The notes under the pieces are model-generated. The model did no database searches. It saw only the letters and a list, made by a program, of their open reading frames with translations, and was not told the DNA's origin. A stretch of DNA of 59,199 bases from Candidatus Neomarinimicrobium atlanticum. Lineage in GTDB: Bacteria; Fidelibacterota; Marinisomatia; Marinisomatales; Marinisomataceae. Both the position numbers and the translations under genes were made by a program. This document shows positions 1 to 8,646 of this stretch, piece by piece. The DNA is taken from NCBI GenBank assembly GCA_000402815.1, contig AQSA01000011.1, positions 1-59,199 of the forward strand, read 5' to 3'. How positions within the stretch are numbered: position 1 is the stretch's first letter; the number at the start of each line of letters is the position of its first letter.

Positions 1-95
1 TTTCCAATACCTCTTGATGCTCCTGTAACTAATGCTGTTTTACTTGAATGATTAAACATCTAAATATTCCTCTACATCATTATAGCTATTAAAAC
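1..95 (-). repeat. Exact inverted copy of 45695-45789 (fabD 3' end / fabG 5' start); probable chimeric junction
   Basis: Reverse complement of 1-95 is gttttaatagctataatgatgtagaggaatatttagatgtttaatc...gaggtattggaaa, identical to 45695-45789; identity breaks at 96. Confidence 0.95.
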
Positions 96-96
96 A

Positions 97-564
97 GAAA
101 AAACTAATTCTTGTTATGTCATTCTAGATCAAGTACAAGATCCTCATAATTTAGGTCAAATATTACGTATTTGTGCTGGAGCGAGTATAGATGGAGTTAT
201 TATCACTGAAAGGAATAGTGTATCTATGACTAGTGCTGTAGCTCAGGTAAGCCAAGGAGGTTTTGCAAAACTTCCTCTTTATTCTGTAACAAATATCAAT
301 CAAGCTATTACACATTTCAAAAAAGATGATTTCTGGATTACAAGTTTTGAAAATAATATAGATGCTAAGGATTGGTATAAAATAGACTTAAAAGGTCGTT
401 CAATATTAATCTTTGGCGGAGAAGGAAATGGTGTTAGCAAGCAAGTATTAAAAAATTCTGATTTTACTGCTACAATCCCTATGTCGAATCAAATGAACTC
501 TCTTAATGTTTCTTCTGCTGTAAGTGCTATAGTTTTTGAAAGATTAAGACAAGTTTCAACTTGA
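97..564 (+). CDS. rlmB: 23S rRNA (Gm2251) 2'-O-methyltransferase, SpoU/TrmH family; 5'-truncated
   Basis: Frame is open upstream of the called ATG: EKTNSCYVILDQVQDPHNLGQILR; also GGEGNG and SLNVSSA SPOUT motifs. N-terminal domain is replaced by the inverted copy. Confidence 0.85.
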   Translation, partial: EKTNSCYVILDQVQDPHNLGQILRICAGASIDGVIITERNSVSMTSAVAQVSQGGFAKLPLYSVTNINQAITHFKKDDFWITSFENNIDAKDWYKIDLKGRSILIFGGEGNGVSKQVLKNSDFTATIPMSNQMNSLNVSSAVSAIVFERLRQVST

Positions 565-1761
565 TTTAGCAAACTCTTCTGTAGCTTTCCAAACTCTCCA
601 AATATTTTTATAACATATTTTTTCAATATCTTCTTCTGAATATCCTCTTTTCAATAAATGGTATATTAGATTAGGAAAATCAGAAGGATCTTTCAAGTCA
701 TATGGAAGAGTATCACCTACTCCATCATAGTCTGACCCAAAAGCAACATGATCGATACCAACCAGGCTCACTACATGATCAAAATGGTCTGCTACATCGG
801 TTACATCACAGAATACAGGATTCTCTTGATTGACTTTCTTGGCAAAATCTTTAACATTCATATTGTCAGATGTAAGATTATTGTCTTGCATAAATTGATT
901 TACTACATCAGAATTTCTACTGCGCTTATCCTGTGATTCTTTTGTAACAAAGGATGAACCAAAATTAATTTGTATTACTCCTCCATTCTCTGCAAGACGT
1001 TTGATCATATCATCGCTCATATTACGCTCAAAACCTGGAGTAAAATGCCTAGCTGATGAATGTGAGGCTATCGCAGGAACTTCGGTAGCATCCATTATTT
1101 GATAAAATGCATCGTCTGATACATGAGAAATATCAACCATAATTCCAACACGATTCATTTCTTTTACAACCTGAGCACCAAAATCACTTAATCCTTGATG
1201 CGTTCTCTCTCCGAGATTATAAGAAGAATCACAAATATCATTATCTTCAGAATGTGTGAGTGTTATATAACTAATCCCTCTTTCACTAAAATATTTAAGG
1301 TTTGATAAGTCTCCTTCTAATGGAGCTCCATTTTCCATACCCATTGGAAGTGCTATTTTTCCTTCACTAATAATTCTTTCAGCATCTGCAACATTATGAG
1401 CTATCTCAAATTTATCGGGATGGTCCATTGTAATTCTTTCTACAGATTGAATTAGTTGCTCTGCCATTGCTTTTGCACCACCAGTAACTTGATAAGTAGC
1501 TGGTACATAAATAGACATGAATGGAGCGTCCAATCCACCTTCTTTTGCACGAATATAATCAAAATCTCCACCTGGAGTCCTTACAGATATATCCTCATAT
1601 CCACCCTTATGTAATCGCCAAGGGAGATCAATATGGCCATCAGTAATAATAAATTTTTGTGCTAATTCATTTGCTCTCTCCATCAATAAATCCTCGTTGT
1701 CATTACAATTAGTTAAGATTAGTGTTGAAATAAGAATAAGAATGATTTTTGATAATTTCAT
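556..1761 (-). CDS. Membrane dipeptidase (peptidase M19), lipoprotein
   Basis: Lipobox LTNC; DGHID, GMENG, ITLTH, DISHVS, ASHS and GSDYDG amidohydrolase motifs. Confidence 0.92.
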   Translation of the reverse strand: MKLSKIILILISTLILTNCNDNEDLLMERANELAQKFIITDGHIDLPWRLHKGGYEDISVRTPGGDFDYIRAKEGGLDAPFMSIYVPATYQVTGGAKAMAEQLIQSVERITMDHPDKFEIAHNVADAERIISEGKIALPMGMENGAPLEGDLSNLKYFSERGISYITLTHSEDNDICDSSYNLGERTHQGLSDFGAQVVKEMNRVGIMVDISHVSDDAFYQIMDATEVPAIASHSSARHFTPGFERNMSDDMIKRLAENGGVIQINFGSSFVTKESQDKRSRNSDVVNQFMQDNNLTSDNMNVKDFAKKVNQENPVFCDVTDVADHFDHVVSLVGIDHVAFGSDYDGVGDTLPYDLKDPSDFPNLIYHLLKRGYSEEDIEKICYKNIWRVWKATEEFAKSS

Positions 1762-1795
1762 ACTTGCCTGTCCTTTTGTTTAAATCGGAGGTTAG

Positions 1796-1869
<74 letters not shown>

Positions 1870-1889
1870 ATCATGTTTGTATAATAAGT

Positions 1890-1918
1890 AAAAAAAGAAA
1901 AAGGGGGAACCTTTTTTT
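1890..1918 (-). terminator. Possible weak intrinsic terminator downstream of atuD
   Basis: Minus strand AAAAAGG-TTCCC-CCTTTTT followed by CTTTTTTT; the stem is AT-rich. Confidence 0.4.
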
Positions 1919-2078
1919 AAAGAAAACATTAACTATAATGAGGAGCAGATTAAAATTTAAAAATTACCTCTTATTTCCTTTCATTTACCCTTGGTTAGGT
2001 TTTAGTTTGCTCCTCTGCCATTTCTATAATCCCATCTGACGAAGAGCTTTACCCTGAAGTAGTTTTTTAGTTTGCTGA

Positions 2079-3233
2079 TCAGCTTTTTTTAGGAAGAGTG
2101 TTCATGTATTTTGAAATAATTTGTAACATCACTTCATCAGATCCACCGCCAATAGAATGTAATCTACCATCTCTAAATTGCTGAGATACTGGATTTTCCA
2201 TTGTATATCCCATACCACCCCAAAATTGTAGACAAGAATCCGAAACTTCTCTAATCAATCTCCCGCTTTTTAATTTTGCCATAGATGCAAGCATTGTGAC
2301 ATCTTTACCATCAACAAACCTATCACAAGCTTTGTAGACTAATGCCCTTAAAGATTCTAGCTCTGTTTGATGTTCCGCTAGCTTAAAATGTATTACCTGG
2401 TTATCCAATAGAGGTTTACCGAAAGCTTTTCTTTCTTTACAGTACTCAATAGTATCTGTAATACAATTTTCCGTTGCAATTAATGTTGAAGCAGCAATGA
2501 ATAACCTTTCTTCCTGAAACTGTTGCATTTGCATGGTAAATCCTAATCCTTCATCACCAATTCTAAATGATTGAGGCACTCTTACATTGTCAAAATATAC
2601 AGGAGCTGTATCTGAAGATCTCATTCCAATCTTATCAATTTTTTCTCCAACACTTACACCCGGAGTATCAGCAGGTATGACAATTAATGATTTATTTTTA
2701 TGAGGTTGATCATTGCTCGTATTTACCAATGTACAAAAATAGTCAGCTTGTGTAGAATTTGTAATCCACATCTTTTGTCCATTGATTATGTAGTCATCTC
2801 CATCTTTTTTTGCAGAAGTTTTAATTGACGCCACATCCGAACCACTATTTGGTTCGCTAACGGCAACTGATGCAACATAATCACCTGAAATTGATGGTGC
2901 TAAAAATTCTTTTTTAATTAAATCTGAACCATATCTATCTATTGCTGGAGTTGCCATATCTGTTTGAACACCAATACCCATAACAACGGATGCATTACAT
3001 GAATGCCCTAATGCTTCAGCAAATACTATTGAATAAGAATAATCTAATCCCATTCCACCGTAATTAGGATTTTTTGTTATACCAAGTAAGTTTAAATCTG
3101 CCATTTTTTTAAAAAGTTCCTTAGCAGGATAAATACCAGCTTTTTCCCATTCTTCATTGAATGGTTTAATTTCTTTTTCACCAAATTCTTTAACTGTTTT
3201 ATAAAGCGCATGGTGCTCATCAGTAAATTTCAT
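2079..3233 (-). CDS. atuD: Acyl-CoA dehydrogenase, citronellyl-CoA dehydrogenase-like
   Basis: VSEPNSGSDVA, GQKMWITNSTQAD, GGMGY, SIGGGSDEVM motifs; atu context; AAGGAG RBS. Confidence 0.8.
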   Translation of the reverse strand: MKFTDEHHALYKTVKEFGEKEIKPFNEEWEKAGIYPAKELFKKMADLNLLGITKNPNYGGMGLDYSYSIVFAEALGHSCNASVVMGIGVQTDMATPAIDRYGSDLIKKEFLAPSISGDYVASVAVSEPNSGSDVASIKTSAKKDGDDYIINGQKMWITNSTQADYFCTLVNTSNDQPHKNKSLIVIPADTPGVSVGEKIDKIGMRSSDTAPVYFDNVRVPQSFRIGDEGLGFTMQMQQFQEERLFIAASTLIATENCITDTIEYCKERKAFGKPLLDNQVIHFKLAEHQTELESLRALVYKACDRFVDGKDVTMLASMAKLKSGRLIREVSDSCLQFWGGMGYTMENPVSQQFRDGRLHSIGGGSDEVMLQIISKYMNTLPKKS

Positions 3234-3252
3234 TTTATCTCCTTAATTAATT

Positions 3253-4059
3253 TTACTTTCTCCAATTAGGTTCTCTTTTTTCAACAAAAGATAATATTCC
3301 TTCTCTTCCTTCGCCATCAACAATCTGATCGACAAAGTTTTTACTAGCATAATCGATAAAATCTTGATTAATCCTTTCAAATGCTATATCAAGAATTTTT
3401 TTTGTTTCGATAATCGCTTTTGGCGCACAATGAAGAATTTGTTTTTTCAATTTTTTTTCAATTTCATTTAATTCATCCGTTGAATTAAATAAATAATCAG
3501 CAAGTTTGTACTCTTTTGCCTCAGCTCCAGTAAATCTTTCAGCTGTTATCATTATTTTTTTTGCGTTAGCAAAACCTGCTTTTTTAATAACATAAGGAGA
3601 TATTTGTGCTGGCGTTAATCCTATCATAGTTTCTGTTAAAGAAAATTTGGCTTTAGAATGAACTATTGAAATATCTCCTGCACACATAATTCCGAAACCA
3701 CCAGCCATAGCTGCACCTTCAACAACCATTATTGTTACCTGCGGTAGTGACTGAATTCTTTTTAAAAGTTTTCCAATACTTGTTGAAATATCATGGGCTT
3801 TAACTTTGGGGTCGCTTGATTCAAAGATTTCATTAATCTCTTTCAAGTTCGCTCCTGAACAAAACATTCCATTTGATCCTTTAAAGGAGATACCTCTTAT
3901 TTTATCACTACTTTCTATTTGGTCAAGAAAATTATTTAGATCATTTATCATATTTTCTGACAATGCATTTTTCGATGAAGGATCATTAAATTCGACATTC
4001 ACCCAAGATTCATTAAAATTAAAAATGCTGATATTATTAAATTTTCTATCTACTACCAT
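3253..4059 (-). CDS. atuE: Enoyl-CoA hydratase, isohexenylglutaconyl-CoA hydratase-like
   Basis: FCSGANL, AAMAGGFG, TETMIGL crotonase motifs; start placed at ATG 4059, just after the atuC stop. Confidence 0.75.
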   Translation of the reverse strand: MVVDRKFNNISIFNFNESWVNVEFNDPSSKNALSENMINDLNNFLDQIESSDKIRGISFKGSNGMFCSGANLKEINEIFESSDPKVKAHDISTSIGKLLKRIQSLPQVTIMVVEGAAMAGGFGIMCAGDISIVHSKAKFSLTETMIGLTPAQISPYVIKKAGFANAKKIMITAERFTGAEAKEYKLADYLFNSTDELNEIEKKLKKQILHCAPKAIIETKKILDIAFERINQDFIDYASKNFVDQIVDGEGREGILSFVEKREPNWRK

Positions 4060-4060
4060 T

Positions 4061-5686
4061 TTACATTCTCGCAATACCAAAAGTGTTGGACTTTAATTTT
4101 CTAGCTTTTGACTCCTTACAAGTTTGAAGTAAAAAGGCTAAAACCTTTCTAGTCTCTCTTGGATCAATTATTCCCATATCTAGTAATCTCCCTGAAGTGT
4201 AGAATGCGCTAGATTGATTATCAAAATGCTTTGAAATTTCTTTTTGTTTTTGATCAATTTGTTCTTGGTCAAAGCTATCCCCACGCTTCTTAGCAGCTGC
4301 GACCATAACTTGTGCCATTGTTGATGCAGCCTGCTGGCCTCCCATTACTCCCGTGACCGCATTTGGCCATGATAATAAAAAATCTGGATCATAAGCATAG
4401 CCACACATTCCATAATTACCTGCACCAAAACTTGCACCAACATAAAGCGAAATCTTAGGTACGGTAATATTTGTAACAGCTTGTATCATTTTTGAACCGT
4501 GTTTGATCATACCTGCCTGTTCATATTTCTTTCCTACCATAAAACCTGTAACATTATTCAAAAAAATTATAGGTATGTCAGATTTGTCACATAACTGAAA
4601 AAATTGCGCTGATTTTGTTGCACCATCTGTATCAATAGGTCCATTATTAGCAATAATTCCACAAGAATTTCCATTTATATCAGCCTGAAAGCAAAGAGTT
4701 GTAATACCATATCTGGGTTTAAATTCTATAAAGCTTGAATCATCAACTAATCTTAAAATTATCTCTCTCGCATCATATGGTTTTTTATAATCTAAATTCA
4801 CTATACCGGCTATTTCATCGATATCATACTTCGGTTCTATATAATCATTATCTTTTATAGTTGAAAACCCAGAATTCCAATCTAAGGCGTTAACAACATT
4901 TCTTGCGATGTCAATAGCATCTGAATCATCTTCAGCAAGATATTCAACCAATCCAGATACTGTAGCGTGCATTTCAGAACCACCCAACTCTTTATTTGAT
5001 GCAACTTCATTTGTTGCAGCCTTTAATAAAGCTGGGCCAGCTAAAGCAGCCATTCCATTTTTCTTAACTCCAATTACATAGTCACTCATACCAACATTAT
5101 AAGCTCCACCTGCAGTCGAAAGACCATGTAAAATAGTAATCGTAGGCACTCCAGCTGCGCTTAACTTAGCTAAACCTGCAAACATTCCTCCTGCTCTTGC
5201 CCAAATTTCAACTTTATAATTCATAAGATTAATACCAGCACTTTCAACTAAGTGAACAAATGGTAATTTCTTTTCAAGAGAAATTTCTAAACACCCGACA
5301 CATTTATCTACAGTTGTGCTAGTCGCTGCACCTGCATTTATTCCACTGTCATCAACCATAATCATACATCTAACACCTTTAATAAATCCTATTCCTGCTA
5401 TTACGCTTGCACCAGGAATACTAGTTTCAGGATTATTATCTTCAACTAAAAATCCAGCCATATTATATAGTTCTATAAATTCTGAATCGGGGTCAATTAG
5501 AGCATTCAATCTTTCTCTGGGAGTAAGTTGATTTCTATCTTCAAATTTTTTTCTTTTACTTTCAGATGCATTAAAGCTTCTTTTTTCTAAATTTCGCATT
5601 TCTTTAATTTTTTTAAGCATCTCTGCACGATTTTTTAAAAAACTTTCTGATTGAACATCAATTTTAGATTTGAATTCTTTTGACAT
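4061..5686 (-). CDS. atuC: Acyl-CoA carboxylase carboxyltransferase (beta) subunit, geranyl-CoA carboxylase-like
   Basis: LTPRERL, LVESAG, STAGGAY, ELGGSEMHATVSG, GFMVG, GASFGAGNYGMCG, FGIARM end. Confidence 0.85.
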   Translation of the reverse strand: MSKEFKSKIDVQSESFLKNRAEMLKKIKEMRNLEKRSFNASESKRKKFEDRNQLTPRERLNALIDPDSEFIELYNMAGFLVEDNNPETSIPGASVIAGIGFIKGVRCMIMVDDSGINAGAATSTTVDKCVGCLEISLEKKLPFVHLVESAGINLMNYKVEIWARAGGMFAGLAKLSAAGVPTITILHGLSTAGGAYNVGMSDYVIGVKKNGMAALAGPALLKAATNEVASNKELGGSEMHATVSGLVEYLAEDDSDAIDIARNVVNALDWNSGFSTIKDNDYIEPKYDIDEIAGIVNLDYKKPYDAREIILRLVDDSSFIEFKPRYGITTLCFQADINGNSCGIIANNGPIDTDGATKSAQFFQLCDKSDIPIIFLNNVTGFMVGKKYEQAGMIKHGSKMIQAVTNITVPKISLYVGASFGAGNYGMCGYAYDPDFLLSWPNAVTGVMGGQQAASTMAQVMVAAAKKRGDSFDQEQIDQKQKEISKHFDNQSSAFYTSGRLLDMGIIDPRETRKVLAFLLQTCKESKARKLKSNTFGIARM

Positions 5687-5687
5687 A

Positions 5688-7484
5688 TTATTTCCTCTTT
5701 AATAATTCATTATATATTTCTTTTGATACTGGAACCTTTATATCTAGAAGCTGTTGGGCATATGCCTTTCCTTGTGAATCAATGTTAAGGCTAGCCATAC
5801 CTCCTCCTCCCAATGAGTGCTTCAATAAAAAATTAAGTCCACAGATTCCTGGAACTTCCCAGCAATGCACATCACCTTTTGCAACATGAGAAAAATAATT
5901 TTTAACAACCTGATTTGTTAAATAATTTTTTATAAATGAAAAATATTCAGGCTTTCTTGAAATAACTCCAATATTACAATGATCTCCCTTATCTCCACTT
6001 CTTGCAAAAGCGAGTTTGTATAAAGGCACCTCATTTGTAAGTGATTTATTATCTAATGAACTATGAACAATTTCCTTTGTTAATTCAACATGATCGTCAT
6101 AATTATTATCAATAAATATTTCCATATTATTATTATCAATTTCAATTGATATGTTTACTTCTTTTTTCAATAAAAGAAATGAAAATAGTTTTATTGATGG
6201 AGATACTGAAGGTCTGGCTCCAAGCATATTTATAAACCCTGGAGTCATTCCAGTTGAACCTTGAGCAATTTCTCTAGATAGCAAAACTAATGCCTCTTTT
6301 TGTGAATGAGTAGCTATTATTCTCAATAAAACTTCCCTAGTATTTAGTTGTTGAGAATTATTTCCATACATTGCTTCGGTACCAATAATTGATACTTTTT
6401 TATCTGAAAAATCTTGCATACCGCTATCTTTTAACATCCTTGATACTTTCTTAAGAATTGCATCAGCGGTTATTTTTGCTTTTTGAGCTGCATTGATTCC
6501 ACCTATTACTACAGATGCTTGGGTTCTATATCCATTAAGATATGTTGCTGAAACTTTATATGTTTCTGTTGGTGGCTTACCTATAGCTCCACTAACAAAA
6601 ACTTTATCTTTCTCAATTTCTTTAATTGTTACATCTCTGAAGTCACAAACAACATCAGGTAAAATGTATGATCCTGGGTCTCCTATTTCATATAAAAACT
6701 GTTCTGCTATGGTTCCAAATGATATAAGGCCCCCAGTATTTTCAGGTTTAGAAACTGTAAAATCTCCATTTGAAACTACTTCAATTATTGGAAAGCCAAT
6801 GTTATCAAAATCTTTAACTAAATGCCAATCTGTAAAATTACCTCCGTTGCATTGAGCTCCACATTCAATAATGTGACCAGCTAAACTACCGGCAGCAAGC
6901 AGGTCATAGTCTGTTGATTTCCATCCAAACTCATACATTAATGGACCTAAAGTCACAGCACTATCAACACATCTTCCGGTAATAATGATGTCAGCACCCT
7001 CATCAAGAGCTCTCCTAATTGGTTCAGCGCCTAAATATGCATTTATACTTGTAACTGATTTTGGCATTTCACTATTTGTATCTATATCTTGAACTCTTTT
7101 TTTAAGGAAATTATCTTTTCGATGAAATAAGTTATCACCTTCAACAATAGCAATTTTAAAGTTAAGTCCTTGTTTATCAGCTTCTTTAACTAAAGCTTCT
7201 CTGCAGGCAATCGGATTTATTCCACCTGCATTACTTATAACTTTTATTCCCTGTGCTTTTATTTCACTTAATAATGGTCCAGTTTGACTAATAAAATCAG
7301 TAGCATATCCTAGGTCTGGATTTTTCATTTGTGAGGCAGCTAAAATTGACATTGTTACTTCTGCTAAATAATCAAAAACTAGATAATTGAGCTCATTACT
7401 ATTCACAAGCTGTGCAGCTGCATCATTTGAATCTCCCCAAAAAGCAGAGGCGCATCCAATTTTTATTTTTTTATTTTCTTCCAT
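5688..7484 (-). CDS. atuA: Acyclic terpene utilization protein AtuA
   Basis: IGCASAFWGDS, DYLAEVTMSIL, ITGRCVDSA, GHIIECGAQCNGGNF and C-terminal ARSGDKGD...DSQGK. Confidence 0.92.
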   Translation of the reverse strand: MEENKKIKIGCASAFWGDSNDAAAQLVNSNELNYLVFDYLAEVTMSILAASQMKNPDLGYATDFISQTGPLLSEIKAQGIKVISNAGGINPIACREALVKEADKQGLNFKIAIVEGDNLFHRKDNFLKKRVQDIDTNSEMPKSVTSINAYLGAEPIRRALDEGADIIITGRCVDSAVTLGPLMYEFGWKSTDYDLLAAGSLAGHIIECGAQCNGGNFTDWHLVKDFDNIGFPIIEVVSNGDFTVSKPENTGGLISFGTIAEQFLYEIGDPGSYILPDVVCDFRDVTIKEIEKDKVFVSGAIGKPPTETYKVSATYLNGYRTQASVVIGGINAAQKAKITADAILKKVSRMLKDSGMQDFSDKKVSIIGTEAMYGNNSQQLNTREVLLRIIATHSQKEALVLLSREIAQGSTGMTPGFINMLGARPSVSPSIKLFSFLLLKKEVNISIEIDNNNMEIFIDNNYDDHVELTKEIVHSSLDNKSLTNEVPLYKLAFARSGDKGDHCNIGVISRKPEYFSFIKNYLTNQVVKNYFSHVAKGDVHCWEVPGICGLNFLLKHSLGGGGMASLNIDSQGKAYAQQLLDIKVPVSKEIYNELLKRK

Positions 7485-7509
7485 GCTTATAACTCTTTAT
7501 AACTCTTTT

Positions 7510-8646
7510 TTAATGCCTCTTTAAATCATTCAACATAGTATCAATATATATTCTTTTTGGACGACTTCCAATTGCAGTTACTAGGACGTATGATGTAGAA
7601 TCAATGGTTTTAGCAATTTTATTTACTGGAATAGTCCCATGTTGATTGGAACCGAAAATTAATACTTCGTCTCCATATTTAATATCATTTGATCCAATAT
7701 CAATCATTAACTGATCCATACAAATCCTTCCAGCAATCTTCATCTCTTTATCCTTAAATTTTACAAATCCATCTACATACCAAGGGCGCGGCACACCATC
7801 AGCAAATCCTGCTTGTACTACAGCAATTCTGGTATTTTCTTTTGTAGTATATACTCCACCATAGCTAATATGAGTTCCTGCTTTAACATCTCTTATTTCT
7901 ACAACGGGTGCAGTAAATGTCATTACTGGCTTAATAGATATATTTTGAGGAACTTCATCTGATGGAAATCCTCCATATAGTAGCATGCCTGTACGGATTA
8001 GATTAAATCGTGATTCTGGTAAGTTTAAAATTGCTCCACTGTTACTACAGTGAACTAATACGGGATTAATATCTAATTCTTCTGCAATTGTTAATACTGC
8101 ATTAAACTTATCTAATTGAGATTTTGCATATGTTAAATCTCCTTCATCTGCAGTTGCAAAATGAGAATATAGCCCCTCAATTTCTATGTTATCAATATCT
8201 CGTGCTTGTCTGAAAAAATCTTCTGCATGATTGTGATCTACACCCAATCTTGTCATCCCAGTATCTATTTTTAAGTGCACCTTAAGTGTATGTTCTTGTA
8301 CATTATGTTGTTTTAATATTTCTAAATCATCAAAAGAAGAGATGTTTAAAGTAAGTTTATGTTTTATAGCGCCATCTATACCATGAGGATTTAGCTTTGA
8401 ATAAAGTAAAATGTCTGATTTGACTCCAGCTTCTCTTAATTCTATACCTTCTTCAATTGTAAAAACCGCTAAGTATCTAACTCCTTCTTTTTCTAAAGCT
8501 TTTGATACTTCGACAGAACCATGACCATAAGCATTAGCTTTTACTGTAGCCATAATAGGAATATTGCCGACTTCATTACTTAAAAGATGATAATTTTTCA
8601 CTAATTGCGTTAAATCAATATGTACTTTTGGTCCAATATAATGCAT
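7510..8646 (-). CDS. alr: Alanine racemase
   Basis: PLP lysine motif VKANAYGHG; KIDTGMTRLG, SHFATAD, GRICMDQ. Confidence 0.96.
   Translation of the reverse strand: MHYIGPKVHIDLTQLVKNYHLLSNEVGNIPIMATVKANAYGHGSVEVSKALEKEGVRYLAVFTIEEGIELREAGVKSDILLYSKLNPHGIDGAIKHKLTLNISSFDDLEILKQHNVQEHTLKVHLKIDTGMTRLGVDHNHAEDFFRQARDIDNIEIEGLYSHFATADEGDLTYAKSQLDKFNAVLTIAEELDINPVLVHCSNSGAILNLPESRFNLIRTGMLLYGGFPSDEVPQNISIKPVMTFTAPVVEIRDVKAGTHISYGGVYTTKENTRIAVVQAGFADGVPRPWYVDGFVKFKDKEMKIAGRICMDQLMIDIGSNDIKYGDEVLIFGSNQHGTIPVNKIAKTIDSTSYVLVTAIGSRPKRIYIDTMLNDLKRH

Noticed and set aside
64-225. A novel short RlmB with its own N-terminus
   Set aside because: Codons before 97 come from the inverted fab copy and there is no canonical start; truncation explains it better
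1984-2076. Formal call as a glycine riboswitch
   Set aside because: Only the 3' half resembles the aptamer, and the downstream gene is a tRNA; kept only as an unexplained element
2036-2080. CTGACGA as a hammerhead ribozyme core
   Set aside because: No GAAA after a plausible stem II and no compatible stems
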